Positions 47,567 to 57,131 of a DNA stretch of 64,000 bases are shown here, piece after piece (position 1 is the stretch's first letter; every line of letters begins with the position of its first letter). The position numbers and the translations under genes are program-made. The notes under the pieces were generated by a model. That model saw only the letters and a program-made list of their open reading frames with translations, was not told the origin of the DNA and searched no databases. Origin of the DNA: Candidatus Mediterraneibacter caccogallinarum (GTDB lineage: Bacteria > Bacillota > Clostridia > Lachnospirales > Lachnospiraceae); contig DWVK01000055.1 of the NCBI GenBank assembly GCA_019120245.1, forward strand, positions 18,869 through 82,868. The letters are read 5' to 3'.

Positions 47567-47644
47567 AAAACAGCCGGAAGGAAATAGTGCATACAGGGAC
47601 CTGATTGTTTCCTGTTCTGCACGGTATTTCCTTCCGGCTGTTTT
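47567..47644. terminator. Long hairpin, probable bidirectional terminator between hisIE and hypE
   Basis: Perfect 20-bp inverted repeat AAAACAGCCGGAAGGAAATA / TATTTCCTTCCGGCTGTTTT with further inner pairing. Confidence 0.8.
47585..47594. repeat. Left copy of 10-bp direct repeat TAGTGCATAC flanking the hyp-ech block
   Basis: Identical 10-mer at 58877-58886. Confidence 0.4.
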
Positions 47645-47687
47645 AACGTTTGACCTCGTCCATGCCTGATGGCGGAAGTGCCTGATC

Positions 47688-48707
47688 CTAACAGATCCGG
47701 GGAAGCTGCATCCCGCTCAGTTTGGAGAGGATCCTGGTCCCGCCGATGGGAGTTCTGAGCAGGACTCTGCCGGGAAGATCCTCGGTTACAGTGCCGATCC
47801 GGGCAGCATGCTCTCCCCCGGGGACAGAACGCATGGCAGAGAGAAGTCTGTCCGCGGCCTCCGGCGCACAGACGGCCAGCATCCTTCCCTCGCAGGCGCA
47901 GTAGAGCGGATCCAGTCCGAGGATATCGCAGGCCGCTTCCACCTCAGGATCTATGGGGACTGCTGTCTGCTCCAGCTCAATGGAGAACGGCATGCCCTCC
48001 GTAAATTCGTTCAGTGTGGTGGCAATCCCTCCACGGGTGGGATCTCTGAGGATCCTCACAGCCTCCGAAATGGCGGGATCAAGGACGGCTGAGGCAGTCC
48101 TTAAGAGAGACTGGCAGTCGGAGCGCAGCGGACTGTCTTCCCGGAGAAGACCGGCGCGCTCCATCATCACAGCGGCTCCGTGCCTGCCTGCAGTGCCGCT
48201 GATCAGGACTGCATCCCCGGGGCGGATCCCGGAGCGGCCGGGAAGAGCGGCACGGCGGAAGCCGATGCCTGCTGTGTTGATATAGATCCCATCGCCTTTT
48301 CCTGATTCTACTACCTTCGTATCTCCGGTGACGATCGAGACGCCGGAACCGGCAGCTTCCTCAGCGATGGACATGATGATCTCCTTGAGATCGGAAATCA
48401 GAAATCCTTCTTCAAGGATAAAGGAAAGGCTCAGATATTTTGGAGTTCCTCCCGCCATACAAAGATCGTTGACCGTGCCGCAGACAGAAAGTTTCCCGAT
48501 ATCGCCGCCGGGGAAACGCCAGGGAGATACCACGAAGCTGTCTGTAGAAAATACAAGAGTGTCCGCTCCCTGCAGCACGGCCCCGTCCCCCAGCTGGGCA
48601 AGCGCCGGATTGTCAAGCGCAGGAAGGAGCAGCGACTCGATCAATTCTGATGTCTTGAGCCCTCCACTTCCATAATCCAGTGTAATTCGTTCATCCATAT
48701 TGCTCAA
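47688..48707 (-). CDS. hypE: Hydrogenase maturation protein HypE
   Basis: GSGG, TDSFVV, GDIGKL, GDTKVV, RDPTRGG, CEG, C-terminal PRIC. Confidence 0.97.
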   Translation of the reverse strand: MSNMDERITLDYGSGGLKTSELIESLLLPALDNPALAQLGDGAVLQGADTLVFSTDSFVVSPWRFPGGDIGKLSVCGTVNDLCMAGGTPKYLSLSFILEEGFLISDLKEIIMSIAEEAAGSGVSIVTGDTKVVESGKGDGIYINTAGIGFRRAALPGRSGIRPGDAVLISGTAGRHGAAVMMERAGLLREDSPLRSDCQSLLRTASAVLDPAISEAVRILRDPTRGGIATTLNEFTEGMPFSIELEQTAVPIDPEVEAACDILGLDPLYCACEGRMLAVCAPEAADRLLSAMRSVPGGEHAARIGTVTEDLPGRVLLRTPIGGTRILSKLSGMQLPRIC

Positions 48708-48715
48708 ACCTCCTG

Positions 48716-49819
48716 TTATGATGGATCATATTCATACTGATATGCTGCAGCGCACGCTCCTTCACCGGACACCATGCATGGACCGACCGGATTCTCAGGC
48801 GAACAGATCCTGCCGAAGAGAGGACATCCGGAGGGAGCCTGAACTCCGCGGATGACCTGGGCGCAGCGGCATCCTGGAATCTCTTTTCCCGGTGCCGGAC
48901 AGAGGGAGAATTTTTTCCATGCATCCCATGGAGCATATTTCTCCTGCAGTATATAGCCGCTTTCCTCGATCCGGCCGAGTCCCCGCCAGTCAGCAGAGGA
49001 AACAGTGAATACCTGTTCCATCAGACGGAGGGCAGAAACATTGCCCTCTGCATGCACCAGGCGGGTGTATTCGTTCTTCAGGGCGGGGCGTCTGTCCCTG
49101 ACCATCCGGACAAGCTCCAGGATGGAGCCGAGCAGATCTGCGGGCTCAAAGCCGCTCACGACGCCCGGGAGACCGTAATCCCGGGGAAGAAAAGCAAATG
49201 CATCTGAACCGGTGACCGCAGCAACATGACCGGGACATAAAAATCCGTCCACAGCAAAATCCGGTGACTCGATGAGGGAGCGCAGGGCAGGTTCGGTCCT
49301 TTTCAGAAGGCAGAGGACGGAAAAGTTCTTTACGCGGCGCTCAGCTGCCTCCAGGATGCAGGCGGCAGTCCCGGGGGCCGTGGTCTCGAATCCGACTCCC
49401 AAAAAGACTATTTCCAGCTCAGGATGTGCTTCTGCAAGATGCACTGCATCCACCGGAGAGTAGACCGACTCCACCAGAGCTCCCTGTGCCCGGCGGCTCA
49501 GAAGGCTGTCTCCCTGCCTGGAACCCGGGACCCGGAGCAGATCTCCATAACTGGCGATCAGGACGCCGGGGCGCTGTGCCAGTTCAAGGATCATGTCGAT
49601 CATGCCCGCAGGAGTCACGCAGACCGGACATCCTGGGCCGGAGAGAAGACGGACTGACGCCGGCAGGACACTGCGGATCCCGCTGCGGGCGATCGCCATT
49701 GTATGGGTGCCGCAGATCTCCATCAGGCGGATCTGGCCGGAACCGTCTGAACAGTGTTCGATCTTTCTGAGGATTTCAGCCGCATCCTTTGGATTTTTGA
49801 ATAAGTTTTCATAAAGCAT
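48716..49819 (-). CDS. hypD: Hydrogenase maturation protein HypD
   Basis: MEICGTH, GPGCPVC, GFETTAP, PCMVSGEGAC. Confidence 0.97.
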   Translation of the reverse strand: MLYENLFKNPKDAAEILRKIEHCSDGSGQIRLMEICGTHTMAIARSGIRSVLPASVRLLSGPGCPVCVTPAGMIDMILELAQRPGVLIASYGDLLRVPGSRQGDSLLSRRAQGALVESVYSPVDAVHLAEAHPELEIVFLGVGFETTAPGTAACILEAAERRVKNFSVLCLLKRTEPALRSLIESPDFAVDGFLCPGHVAAVTGSDAFAFLPRDYGLPGVVSGFEPADLLGSILELVRMVRDRRPALKNEYTRLVHAEGNVSALRLMEQVFTVSSADWRGLGRIEESGYILQEKYAPWDAWKKFSLCPAPGKEIPGCRCAQVIRGVQAPSGCPLFGRICSPENPVGPCMVSGEGACAAAYQYEYDPS

Positions 49820-50027
49820 CTTTGATTTCCTCCAGAAGCTGCAGATTCTCCAGCGCTTCTTTTTCCGACATTTTTTCGATGGCGAATCCGGCATGTACCA
49901 TGACATATTCGCCGGGGGCCGCATCCTGTATGAAATCGATCCGGACAGACTGAGTCAGCCCGCCGGCCTCGCAGTCTGCGGTTTTTCCATTGATCTGTTT
50001 AATCTTCATTGGCATTGCTAAACACAT
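49809..50027 (-). CDS. hypC: Hydrogenase maturation chaperone HypC
   Basis: N-terminal MCLAMP (Cys2), VMVHAGFAI. Confidence 0.96.
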   Translation of the reverse strand: MCLAMPMKIKQINGKTADCEAGGLTQSVRIDFIQDAAPGEYVMVHAGFAIEKMSEKEALENLQLLEEIKDAL

Positions 50028-52329
50028 GATTCATACTCCTTTTCTTCTGGGCAATCGCAAGCTGTCCGAGGCAGATCCCCTCGTCGTTAGGGGAGACCTG
50101 TCTGTGGGGATAAACTGTAAATCCTTTTTCCTCCAGCAGAGAAGTGATCCCTGTCAGAAGAAAGCGGTTCTGGAATACTCCGCCGGAAAGGACGACGGGG
50201 AGTTCCTTTTTGTTCAGGGCAGTGCATTGATCCAGCGCCATGCAGCACATTGTTGACATAAAACGAAGTGCAATGGCGCCGCGGTCCCTGTGCTCCTTCA
50301 GGTCACTTAGAATCTCCGAGATCATCGGACGGGTATCAAATACGCGGAGTCCGTTCTCCTCCGTCAGATAAAATCGGCGGGAATAGGAAAGCCCGTAAAG
50401 GGATTCCGTATCTTCACCGGGCGCTTCCACAGGAGACAGGGCTTCTGTCAGAGCAGCGCCTTCTCCCTCATAAGAAACTTCCGATCTCTGCAGAAGAAGA
50501 GCACATATTCCGTCAAAGAGGCGTCCAGCGCTGCTGGCAGGAGGAGAAAACTCCGGATTCAGCAGAGAGCGGAGCATACGGCATTTTTCCGGTGGAAGAG
50601 GAACGCAGGAGAAATCTTCCGTCCCGGTGTCGCAGACAAGGGCCAGAGCGATCCGTCCGATCTCGCGGACCGCCCGGTCTCCTCCGGGAAGGAGGACCGG
50701 ACGGATGGAGCCTCTGCGCAGAAAGTTTCCAAAGTCCCCTTCCAGGAATTCACCACCCCAGATGGTGCCGTCTGTGCCGAGACCTGTCCCGTCCCAGACG
50801 ATACCGAAACAGGGACCGTTCAATCCGTTATCCGCCATGCAGGATGCCATGTGAGCCCAATGATGCTGCACGCGGATCAGCGGCACACCCTCGGCGGCCG
50901 CGGCTCCTGCGGCTTCCTGTGTGGACAGGTAATCCGGATGGAGGTCGCAGACATAGAGACGGGGCTGCAGGCGGAATAATTCGCGGTAAGTCCCGAGGGC
51001 ATCCTTATAGTGCTGAAGTGTCTCACCGTTTTTCAAGTCTCCGATATGGGGACTCAAAAAAGCCTGAGAGCCCCGTCCCAGGGCAAAAGAAGCCTTCTGT
51101 TCCGCACCCATGGCGAAAATGCCGTCCACATCCGAATCAAGACAGACAGGCAGGGGAACATATCCGCGGCTCCTGCGGAAAAAATAAGGTCTGCCCCGAA
51201 ATTCCGCCGCAAGAGAATCGTCACAGCGGTTCTGGATCGGACGGTCGTGCAGAAGGAAGCCGTCTGCGATCCCCTGCAGATGGGAGAGCGCCTCGGAATT
51301 GTCTGTGATCACAGGACATCCGGGAACGTTTCCACTGGTCATGACAAGGGAGTCCGGTCCTCCGTATACTCCGTCAAGGAGGAGCATATGGAGCGGCGTG
51401 TAAGGGAGCATGACGCCAAGCCTCGGGCTGAAGCTGAGTTCTGGGAAAGCATCCCTGTCCTTCTTGGCAAGCAGGATGATGGGGCGGGCGGGACTGGAGA
51501 GAAGCTCTTCTTCTTTTGGCGTGATCCGGCAGATGCGCCGGATCGCTCCCGTCGAGCGGCACATCAGCGCCAGCGGCTTTTCTGCCCGGTGTTTTCTGGC
51601 ACGAAGCCGTTTTACTGCAGCGGGATTTAAAGCGTCACACGCCAGATGGATCCCGCCCAGCCCTTTGACTGCGAGGATCCCGCCTGCCGCCAGCAGCTGC
51701 TGGGAAGCACGGAACGGATCGCCCTCCGACTCTGTGAGCGATGTACCGTCCACATAGAATGCGCGGGGACCACATGCGGGACAGCAGTCCGGCTGAGCGT
51801 GATATCTGCGGTCGCTGATGTCGGAATACTCTTCATGGCAGTCACCGCACATGACAAACCTCTCCATAGTGGTCCGTTTTCTGTCATAGGGCAGACTGCG
51901 GATGATCGTATAACGGGGGCCGCAGTTCGTGCAGTTGATAAAAGGGTAGCGGTATCTCCGGTCAGAGGGATCATACAGCTCTGCCGCACATTCCGGACAG
52001 ACGGCAAGATCAGGAGAGACAAGAGTACTTCCCGGCAGGATCCGGCTCTCTCTGATCTCGAATCTGTCATAGTCTCTGTCATCTTCTTCCGGCACGGCAT
52101 CGATCTTCTCGATTACAGCCATGGGCGGAGCCGAGGACCTGACAGCGTTGAGAAACTGTTCCAGGCACCGGCTGCTGCCGGATGCGACTCCCTCCAGTCC
52201 GCGGGATGTATTCCTCACCCATCCGCAGATATGATATTCTTCCGCAAGCCGGTGCAGGAACGGGCGGAAGCCGACCCCCTGGACTACTCCCTCGATGGTA
52301 ATGCGGAGGCACTTGCGGGAAGCGCTCAT
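49999..52329 (-). CDS. hypF: Carbamoyltransferase HypF
   Basis: VQGVGFRPF acylphosphatase domain, two Zn fingers (CPEC...NCTNCGPR; CGDC...CCPACGP), KGLGG, DLHPDY, QHHWAH, DGTG. Confidence 0.97.
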   Translation of the reverse strand: MSASRKCLRITIEGVVQGVGFRPFLHRLAEEYHICGWVRNTSRGLEGVASGSSRCLEQFLNAVRSSAPPMAVIEKIDAVPEEDDRDYDRFEIRESRILPGSTLVSPDLAVCPECAAELYDPSDRRYRYPFINCTNCGPRYTIIRSLPYDRKRTTMERFVMCGDCHEEYSDISDRRYHAQPDCCPACGPRAFYVDGTSLTESEGDPFRASQQLLAAGGILAVKGLGGIHLACDALNPAAVKRLRARKHRAEKPLALMCRSTGAIRRICRITPKEEELLSSPARPIILLAKKDRDAFPELSFSPRLGVMLPYTPLHMLLLDGVYGGPDSLVMTSGNVPGCPVITDNSEALSHLQGIADGFLLHDRPIQNRCDDSLAAEFRGRPYFFRRSRGYVPLPVCLDSDVDGIFAMGAEQKASFALGRGSQAFLSPHIGDLKNGETLQHYKDALGTYRELFRLQPRLYVCDLHPDYLSTQEAAGAAAAEGVPLIRVQHHWAHMASCMADNGLNGPCFGIVWDGTGLGTDGTIWGGEFLEGDFGNFLRRGSIRPVLLPGGDRAVREIGRIALALVCDTGTEDFSCVPLPPEKCRMLRSLLNPEFSPPASSAGRLFDGICALLLQRSEVSYEGEGAALTEALSPVEAPGEDTESLYGLSYSRRFYLTEENGLRVFDTRPMISEILSDLKEHRDRGAIALRFMSTMCCMALDQCTALNKKELPVVLSGGVFQNRFLLTGITSLLEEKGFTVYPHRQVSPNDEGICLGQLAIAQKKRSMNHVFSNANED

Positions 52330-52982
52330 GAGCGTGCGCCCTCGATCTTTCCGGCCAGATACTCCGCGAGAGCATCCAGGCCTTCCCCGCTGCGGCTGCT
52401 GACACAGAAGAGGGGAGCATCAGGATTCACGCTGTCGTAATTAGCGGAGACTTTCTTCTCATCAAATTCAAAGTATGGCATCATATCATATTTATTCAGC
52501 ACAAGACAGTCCGTGTCCGTGAACATCAGGGGATATTTTTCCACCTTGTCGTCGCCCTCCGGGATGCTCAGTATGGTGATCCTCAGGGATTCGCCGATGC
52601 GGAACTCGGCGGGACATACCAGATTGCCGATATTTTCCACAAAAATAACATCCAGCTCATCCAAGGGAAGAAAGGGGAGGATGTTCTGAATGCTCATCGC
52701 TTCGATATGACAGGCGCCGTCCGTGTTCAGCTGGACTGTCGGAACCCCCAGGTCTGCGATCCTGTCCGCATCCACCTGCCCCGCGATATCCCCCTCGATG
52801 ACTCCGATGCGGAATTTGTCCTTCAGCCTGCCGATCAGGGAAGTGATCAGGCTTGTCTTGCCTGCTCCCGGGCTTCCCATTACATTGATCATGCAGATCC
52901 CGTATTCGGCCAGCCTGGCCCTTACGTCTTCACTGACGTCTTCATTCCAGTCCATGATCTGGTGCAGTACTTTTATCTCCAT
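52326..52982 (-). CDS. hypB: Hydrogenase nickel incorporation GTPase HypB
   Basis: GSPGAGKT, ACH, ENIGNLVCPA, EGDDKVEKYP, NKYD. Confidence 0.97.
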   Translation of the reverse strand: MEIKVLHQIMDWNEDVSEDVRARLAEYGICMINVMGSPGAGKTSLITSLIGRLKDKFRIGVIEGDIAGQVDADRIADLGVPTVQLNTDGACHIEAMSIQNILPFLPLDELDVIFVENIGNLVCPAEFRIGESLRITILSIPEGDDKVEKYPLMFTDTDCLVLNKYDMMPYFEFDEKKVSANYDSVNPDAPLFCVSSRSGEGLDALAEYLAGKIEGARS

Positions 52983-53325
52983 CGATATCTACCTCCATGC
53001 TCTTGATATAAAACTCTTTCCCGGAAAGGATCTGCAGCCTGAGACTTCCACAGTGAGGACAGGCGAGATGATGGGGAGTGATCTCTCCGTCTAGTCCGCA
53101 GTCCCGGCACCTGACCTTCACAGGGAGAAATTCCGACTCGATGAGTGCTCCCTCAGCGATCGTGCCCTCGGACAGCATGTCCAGATAAATCTGGATGCAG
53201 TCCGGGACGAGCCCGTTGAGCTGTCCGATGCAAAGCCTGATGACACGGATCTTCTCCGCATGCTGTTTTTTTGCTTCCCGGATGCAGTGGTCCAGGAGAT
53301 GTTCTGTAATACTGAGTTCGTGCAA
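52942..53325 (-). CDS. hypA: Hydrogenase nickel metallochaperone HypA
   Basis: MHELSI (TTG start), two CxxC motifs (CRDC, CPHC). Confidence 0.96.
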   Translation of the reverse strand: MHELSITEHLLDHCIREAKKQHAEKIRVIRLCIGQLNGLVPDCIQIYLDMLSEGTIAEGALIESEFLPVKVRCRDCGLDGEITPHHLACPHCGSLRLQILSGKEFYIKSMEVDIDGDKSTAPDHGLE

Positions 53326-53396
53326 GATTCCATCCTCCAGGAAATCGATTAAAACTTAATTCTGTCATCTGTCCGGAAATGACTCCGAACATGTCT

Positions 53397-53475
53397 ATTC
53401 TAGCACATTTTTTTGGAAAGAAAACAGGAAAAAAACAAATTCACTATTGTAAAATTTTAAAAACCGGATTATAAC
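53397..53475. promoter_or_regulatory. Divergent promoters for hyp (-) and ech (+)
   Basis: AT-rich 230-bp intergenic region; plus TTGTAA-17-TATAAC (53447-53475); minus extended -10 TGC-TAGAAT (53405-53397). Confidence 0.55.
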
Positions 53476-53557
53476 TGATATAGACAATATTTTTTGGCTA
53501 AAACAGAGTATCAATCAAAGTATTGTACAAAAAAATGACAGAAAGGACGGGCAGTTT

Positions 53558-55453
53558 ATGACAATAATACTATTTTTGATTGGTATTCCGGCAGTGCTTG
53601 CGGTAATATTTCCCTTTTTGCACAATCAGCGCATAAGAGGGTATGTAGTGTACACGGGCGCCGGGATCGTGATGCTGACAACGGTTGTGTTCATCGCTCA
53701 GTGGATAGGGAACGGCGCGGAAACGATGATGCTCTATCCGTCAACAGAATTTGTGGATCATCTGATGACGGTGGGGGATCTTTTTCTTATGTGCCTGATC
53801 GTGTATCTGAGCATTAAGTATGGGAAGATCCTTCCAATCCTGCTCTCCGTCGGACAGACGGCTTTGGTACTCTACATAGAATTTACGACGGAACTCCCGG
53901 AAGCCCCGCACATGACAGTGGACTGGCTGACGATCCTGATGTGCCTTATCATTGCGTTCATCGGAGGATTTATCTGTATCTATACGGTAGGTTATATGAA
54001 GGGGTATCACAGGCATCATGAGGATGTACAGGACAGACAGCCGTTTTTCTTTTCCATGCTGTTTCTGTTCCTTGCGGCCATGTTCGGCCTTGTCCTGTCA
54101 CAGAACCTGATCTGGATGTATTTCTTCTGGGAGGTCACCAGCGTGATCTCATTCCTGATGATCGGATATACACGCTCGGACGAGGCTGTCTCCAACAGTT
54201 TTATGGCACTGTGGATGAACCTTCTGGGCGGCTGCGGATTTGCAGTTGCGATCGCGTGGATGGCGAAGATGGGAGGTTCCGTCCAGCTCCTTGACGTGGT
54301 CGCGGCAGGAGCTCAGCTGCCTCTGTTCTGTCTGTCTCTGGCAGGACTTACGAAGTCGGCCCAGCTTCCGTTCTCATCCTGGCTTGTCGGAGCCATGGTG
54401 GCGCCGACGCCTTCCAGCGCGCTGCTCCACAGCGCCACGATGGTGAAGGCGGGCGTTTATCTGCTGATCCGCATCTCGCCTGCCCTGGAGGGCAATCTGA
54501 CCGGGATCATCGTATCCAGTATCGGCGGACTGACCTTTATCATGGCAAGTATGATGGCCATCGCACAGAATGACGGAAAGAAGGTACTTGCATTTTCCAC
54601 GATCTCGAATCTCGGACTGATCGTCGGCTGCGCCGGAATCGGTGTAGAGGAGACCGTCTGGGGCGCCGTGTTCCTGATGATCTTCCATTCCGTGAGCAAG
54701 TCCATGCTGTTCCAGTCTGTGGGTGCGGCAGAGAATACACTCGGATCCAGAGATATCGAGGATATGCACGGCCTGATCATCAAGGTCCCGAAACTGGCAT
54801 ATATCATGGGGATCGGGATAGCAGGGATGTACCTTGCCCCCTTTGGAATGCTGATCTCCAAGTGGGTGGCGCTTAGAGCTTTTGTAGATTCAGGGAACTT
54901 CGTCCTTGTTCTTTTCATCGCATACGGAAGCGCGACAACAATGTTTTACTGGACCAAGTGGCTGGCGAAGCTGATTTCCTATCATGTTCCGAGAGAGAGC
55001 GTGCAGGATGTCACGCGGAAGGATGAGTACATATCCATGTTTTTCCACGCCGTGGTCATGATCCTGCTCTGTCTGCTCCTTCCGCTTATCGCAAAATGGC
55101 TGGTGAACCCGATCGTGAAAGTACTTTTCGGAAATTCAAAGGATGTGCTCTCCATGAGCGTGCTCGCCACAATGGCGATCATGCTTGTGTCGGTATTCAT
55201 CGTGCCGGCGGTCATGTTTTTTGTGAGCAGGGCCTCCCGGAGAGAACTTGTCCCGATCTATATGAACGGGATCAATGAAGGTGACAACCGTTTCTTCACG
55301 AACAGCTTCGGAGAAAAGGAACATCTGTATCTGAGCAACTGGTATCTGCGCTTTGAATTCGGGCGGCGGCATCTGCGGATCCCGTCGATCTTGATCGCAG
55401 CCGCAGTCCTTGTCCTCGGATTCTGTCTTGTGATAGGAGGGGTGAATATCTGA
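53558..55453 (+). CDS. echA: Energy-converting hydrogenase subunit A (NuoL/MrpA-like antiporter subunit)
   Basis: FFWEVTS, KSAQLPF, AMVAPTPSSALLHSATMVKAG, KKVLAFST, FHSVSK. Confidence 0.92.
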   Translation: MTIILFLIGIPAVLAVIFPFLHNQRIRGYVVYTGAGIVMLTTVVFIAQWIGNGAETMMLYPSTEFVDHLMTVGDLFLMCLIVYLSIKYGKILPILLSVGQTALVLYIEFTTELPEAPHMTVDWLTILMCLIIAFIGGFICIYTVGYMKGYHRHHEDVQDRQPFFFSMLFLFLAAMFGLVLSQNLIWMYFFWEVTSVISFLMIGYTRSDEAVSNSFMALWMNLLGGCGFAVAIAWMAKMGGSVQLLDVVAAGAQLPLFCLSLAGLTKSAQLPFSSWLVGAMVAPTPSSALLHSATMVKAGVYLLIRISPALEGNLTGIIVSSIGGLTFIMASMMAIAQNDGKKVLAFSTISNLGLIVGCAGIGVEETVWGAVFLMIFHSVSKSMLFQSVGAAENTLGSRDIEDMHGLIIKVPKLAYIMGIGIAGMYLAPFGMLISKWVALRAFVDSGNFVLVLFIAYGSATTMFYWTKWLAKLISYHVPRESVQDVTRKDEYISMFFHAVVMILLCLLLPLIAKWLVNPIVKVLFGNSKDVLSMSVLATMAIMLVSVFIVPAVMFFVSRASRRELVPIYMNGINEGDNRFFTNSFGEKEHLYLSNWYLRFEFGRRHLRIPSILIAAAVLVLGFCLVIGGVNI

Positions 55454-56313
55454 TGAATGTCTGTTTTGTAATCGCATACTTACTTTTTGCTCCCCTGCTC
55501 GGGGGACTCCTCGACGGCGTGGATCGGATCATCAGCGCCCGGATGCAGCGGCGCAGAGGTCCCAGTATCCTGCAGCCGTTCTATGACCTTGGGAAATTGT
55601 TCTCAAAGGAACTGATCGCGGTAAACAACGTCCAGTTCCTTCTGAACCTCAGCTATCTTGTGATCCTGGTGATCGCGGGTGCGCTCCTGTTCGCAGGCGC
55701 CGATCTGCTGATGACACTGTTCATCCTCAGCACGGCTGATATGTTCCTGATCATGGCGGCATCCAGCGATTCATCGCCTTATGCCAATATGGGCGCGAGC
55801 AGAGAGATGCTCCAGATGATGGCATATGAGCCGCTGACCCTTCTGATCGCGGTAGGATTCTATCTGACAGAAGGCTCCTTCCAGGTATCAGCGATCATTG
55901 ACGCTCCGGTCAGCGCGATCCTCTGGATGCCCGGACTCTTTGTCGGATTTATGTATACGGCGGCGATCAAACTGAGAAAATCGCCTTTTGATCTGTCAAC
56001 AAGCCATCACGCCCATCAGGAGATGGTAAAGGGGATCACAACAGAGATGTCAGGGCCGGCGCTGGCGATCATGAATATCGCGGAGTACTATGAGCTTGTC
56101 CTTCTCCTTGGCATTTTCTGCCTGTTCTTTATCAACAGCACCTGGTGGAGCTGGATCGTGGCGGTCATTGCCTGCGGACTGGTGTTTTTCATCGAGACTC
56201 TCTGGGATAATGTGAGTGCCAGAGTGAAGTGGAAATCACTGCTCTACAGCTGCTGGATCGTTACTCTGGTGGCGGGCGGAGTCAATATTCTGATTCTGAT
56301 GCTGATCAAATAG
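55453..56313 (+). CDS. echB: Energy-converting hydrogenase subunit B (NuoH-like)
   Basis: DRIISARMQRRRGP, QPFYDLGKL, PFDL, HQEMVKG. Confidence 0.92.
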   Translation: MNVCFVIAYLLFAPLLGGLLDGVDRIISARMQRRRGPSILQPFYDLGKLFSKELIAVNNVQFLLNLSYLVILVIAGALLFAGADLLMTLFILSTADMFLIMAASSDSSPYANMGASREMLQMMAYEPLTLLIAVGFYLTEGSFQVSAIIDAPVSAILWMPGLFVGFMYTAAIKLRKSPFDLSTSHHAHQEMVKGITTEMSGPALAIMNIAEYYELVLLLGIFCLFFINSTWWSWIVAVIACGLVFFIETLWDNVSARVKWKSLLYSCWIVTLVAGGVNILILMLIK

Positions 56314-56330
56314 GCAGGAGGTAGATCGTT

Positions 56331-56768
56331 ATGAATAAAGTGTCAAAATCACCATGGCTGCTCCACTATGATGCGAGCAGCTGCAATGGATGCGATATTG
56401 AAGTGCTCGACTGTCTGACGCCAAAGTACGATATCGAGCGTTTCGGAATCATCAATACAGGGGATCCCTTCCAGGCGGATATCCTGCTCATAACAGGAGG
56501 CGTCAACAGCCAGACCGAGAGCGTGGTAAAGCAGCTGTACAGCCAGATGCCGGAGCCGAAGGTTGTCGTGGCTGTCGGGATCTGTGCCTGTACCGGAGGG
56601 ATTTTCAAAGAGTGTTATAATATCAGGGGCGGGATCGACACCGTGATCCCTGTGGACGTATATGTCCCGGGATGCGCGGCACGTCCGGAATCCATTATCG
56701 ACGGAGTAGTCAAAGCACTGGCGGTACTGGACGAGAAGCAGAAGGCGATGAAGGAAGAGCGGAGGTGA
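56331..56768 (+). CDS. echC: Energy-converting hydrogenase small subunit C (NuoB-like)
   Basis: SCNGCDIE, ADILLITG, GICACTGGIF, VYVPGC. Confidence 0.94.
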   Translation: MNKVSKSPWLLHYDASSCNGCDIEVLDCLTPKYDIERFGIINTGDPFQADILLITGGVNSQTESVVKQLYSQMPEPKVVVAVGICACTGGIFKECYNIRGGIDTVIPVDVYVPGCAARPESIIDGVVKALAVLDEKQKAMKEERR

Positions 56769-56773
56769 CGGAG

Positions 56774-57127
56774 ATGGACTACAAGAGCGAGATAAAGAAG
56801 ATCACCAGAGCACAGTTTTTCCACGCGATCGTACAGATGAAAGCAGACAACTGGCGCCTGGTCCAGATCTGTGCGGTCTCTCTTGACCACGGATATGAGA
56901 TGAGCTATTCATTCTGCGGAGGCAGGGACTACCGGATGGTGACACTGCGGCTTGAAGTGGGGGAGGACGAGGAGATCGCGAGCATTACCCAGATCTATCC
57001 ATGCGCTTCCCTGCAGGAAAATGAAGCGGCAGAGCTGTTCGGTGTGAAGATAAGAAATATCGATCCGGATTATCATGACAAGCTGTATCGGATCGACGCT
57101 GTCGCACCATTTAAGAAGAAGGAGTAG
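56774..57127 (+). CDS. echD: Energy-converting hydrogenase subunit D (NuoC-like)
   Basis: WRLVQICA, YSF, SITQIYPCASLQENEAAELFG; position between echC and echE. Confidence 0.88.
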   Translation: MDYKSEIKKITRAQFFHAIVQMKADNWRLVQICAVSLDHGYEMSYSFCGGRDYRMVTLRLEVGEDEEIASITQIYPCASLQENEAAELFGVKIRNIDPDYHDKLYRIDAVAPFKKKE

Positions 57128-57131
57128 AACT

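Noticed and set aside
50268-51308. 346-aa plus-strand ORF
   Set aside because: Shadow of hypF in GC-rich sequence
53523-53540. Rex box at the ech promoter
   Set aside because: Spacing is TGT-N11-ACA rather than N10, and the half-sites match poorly
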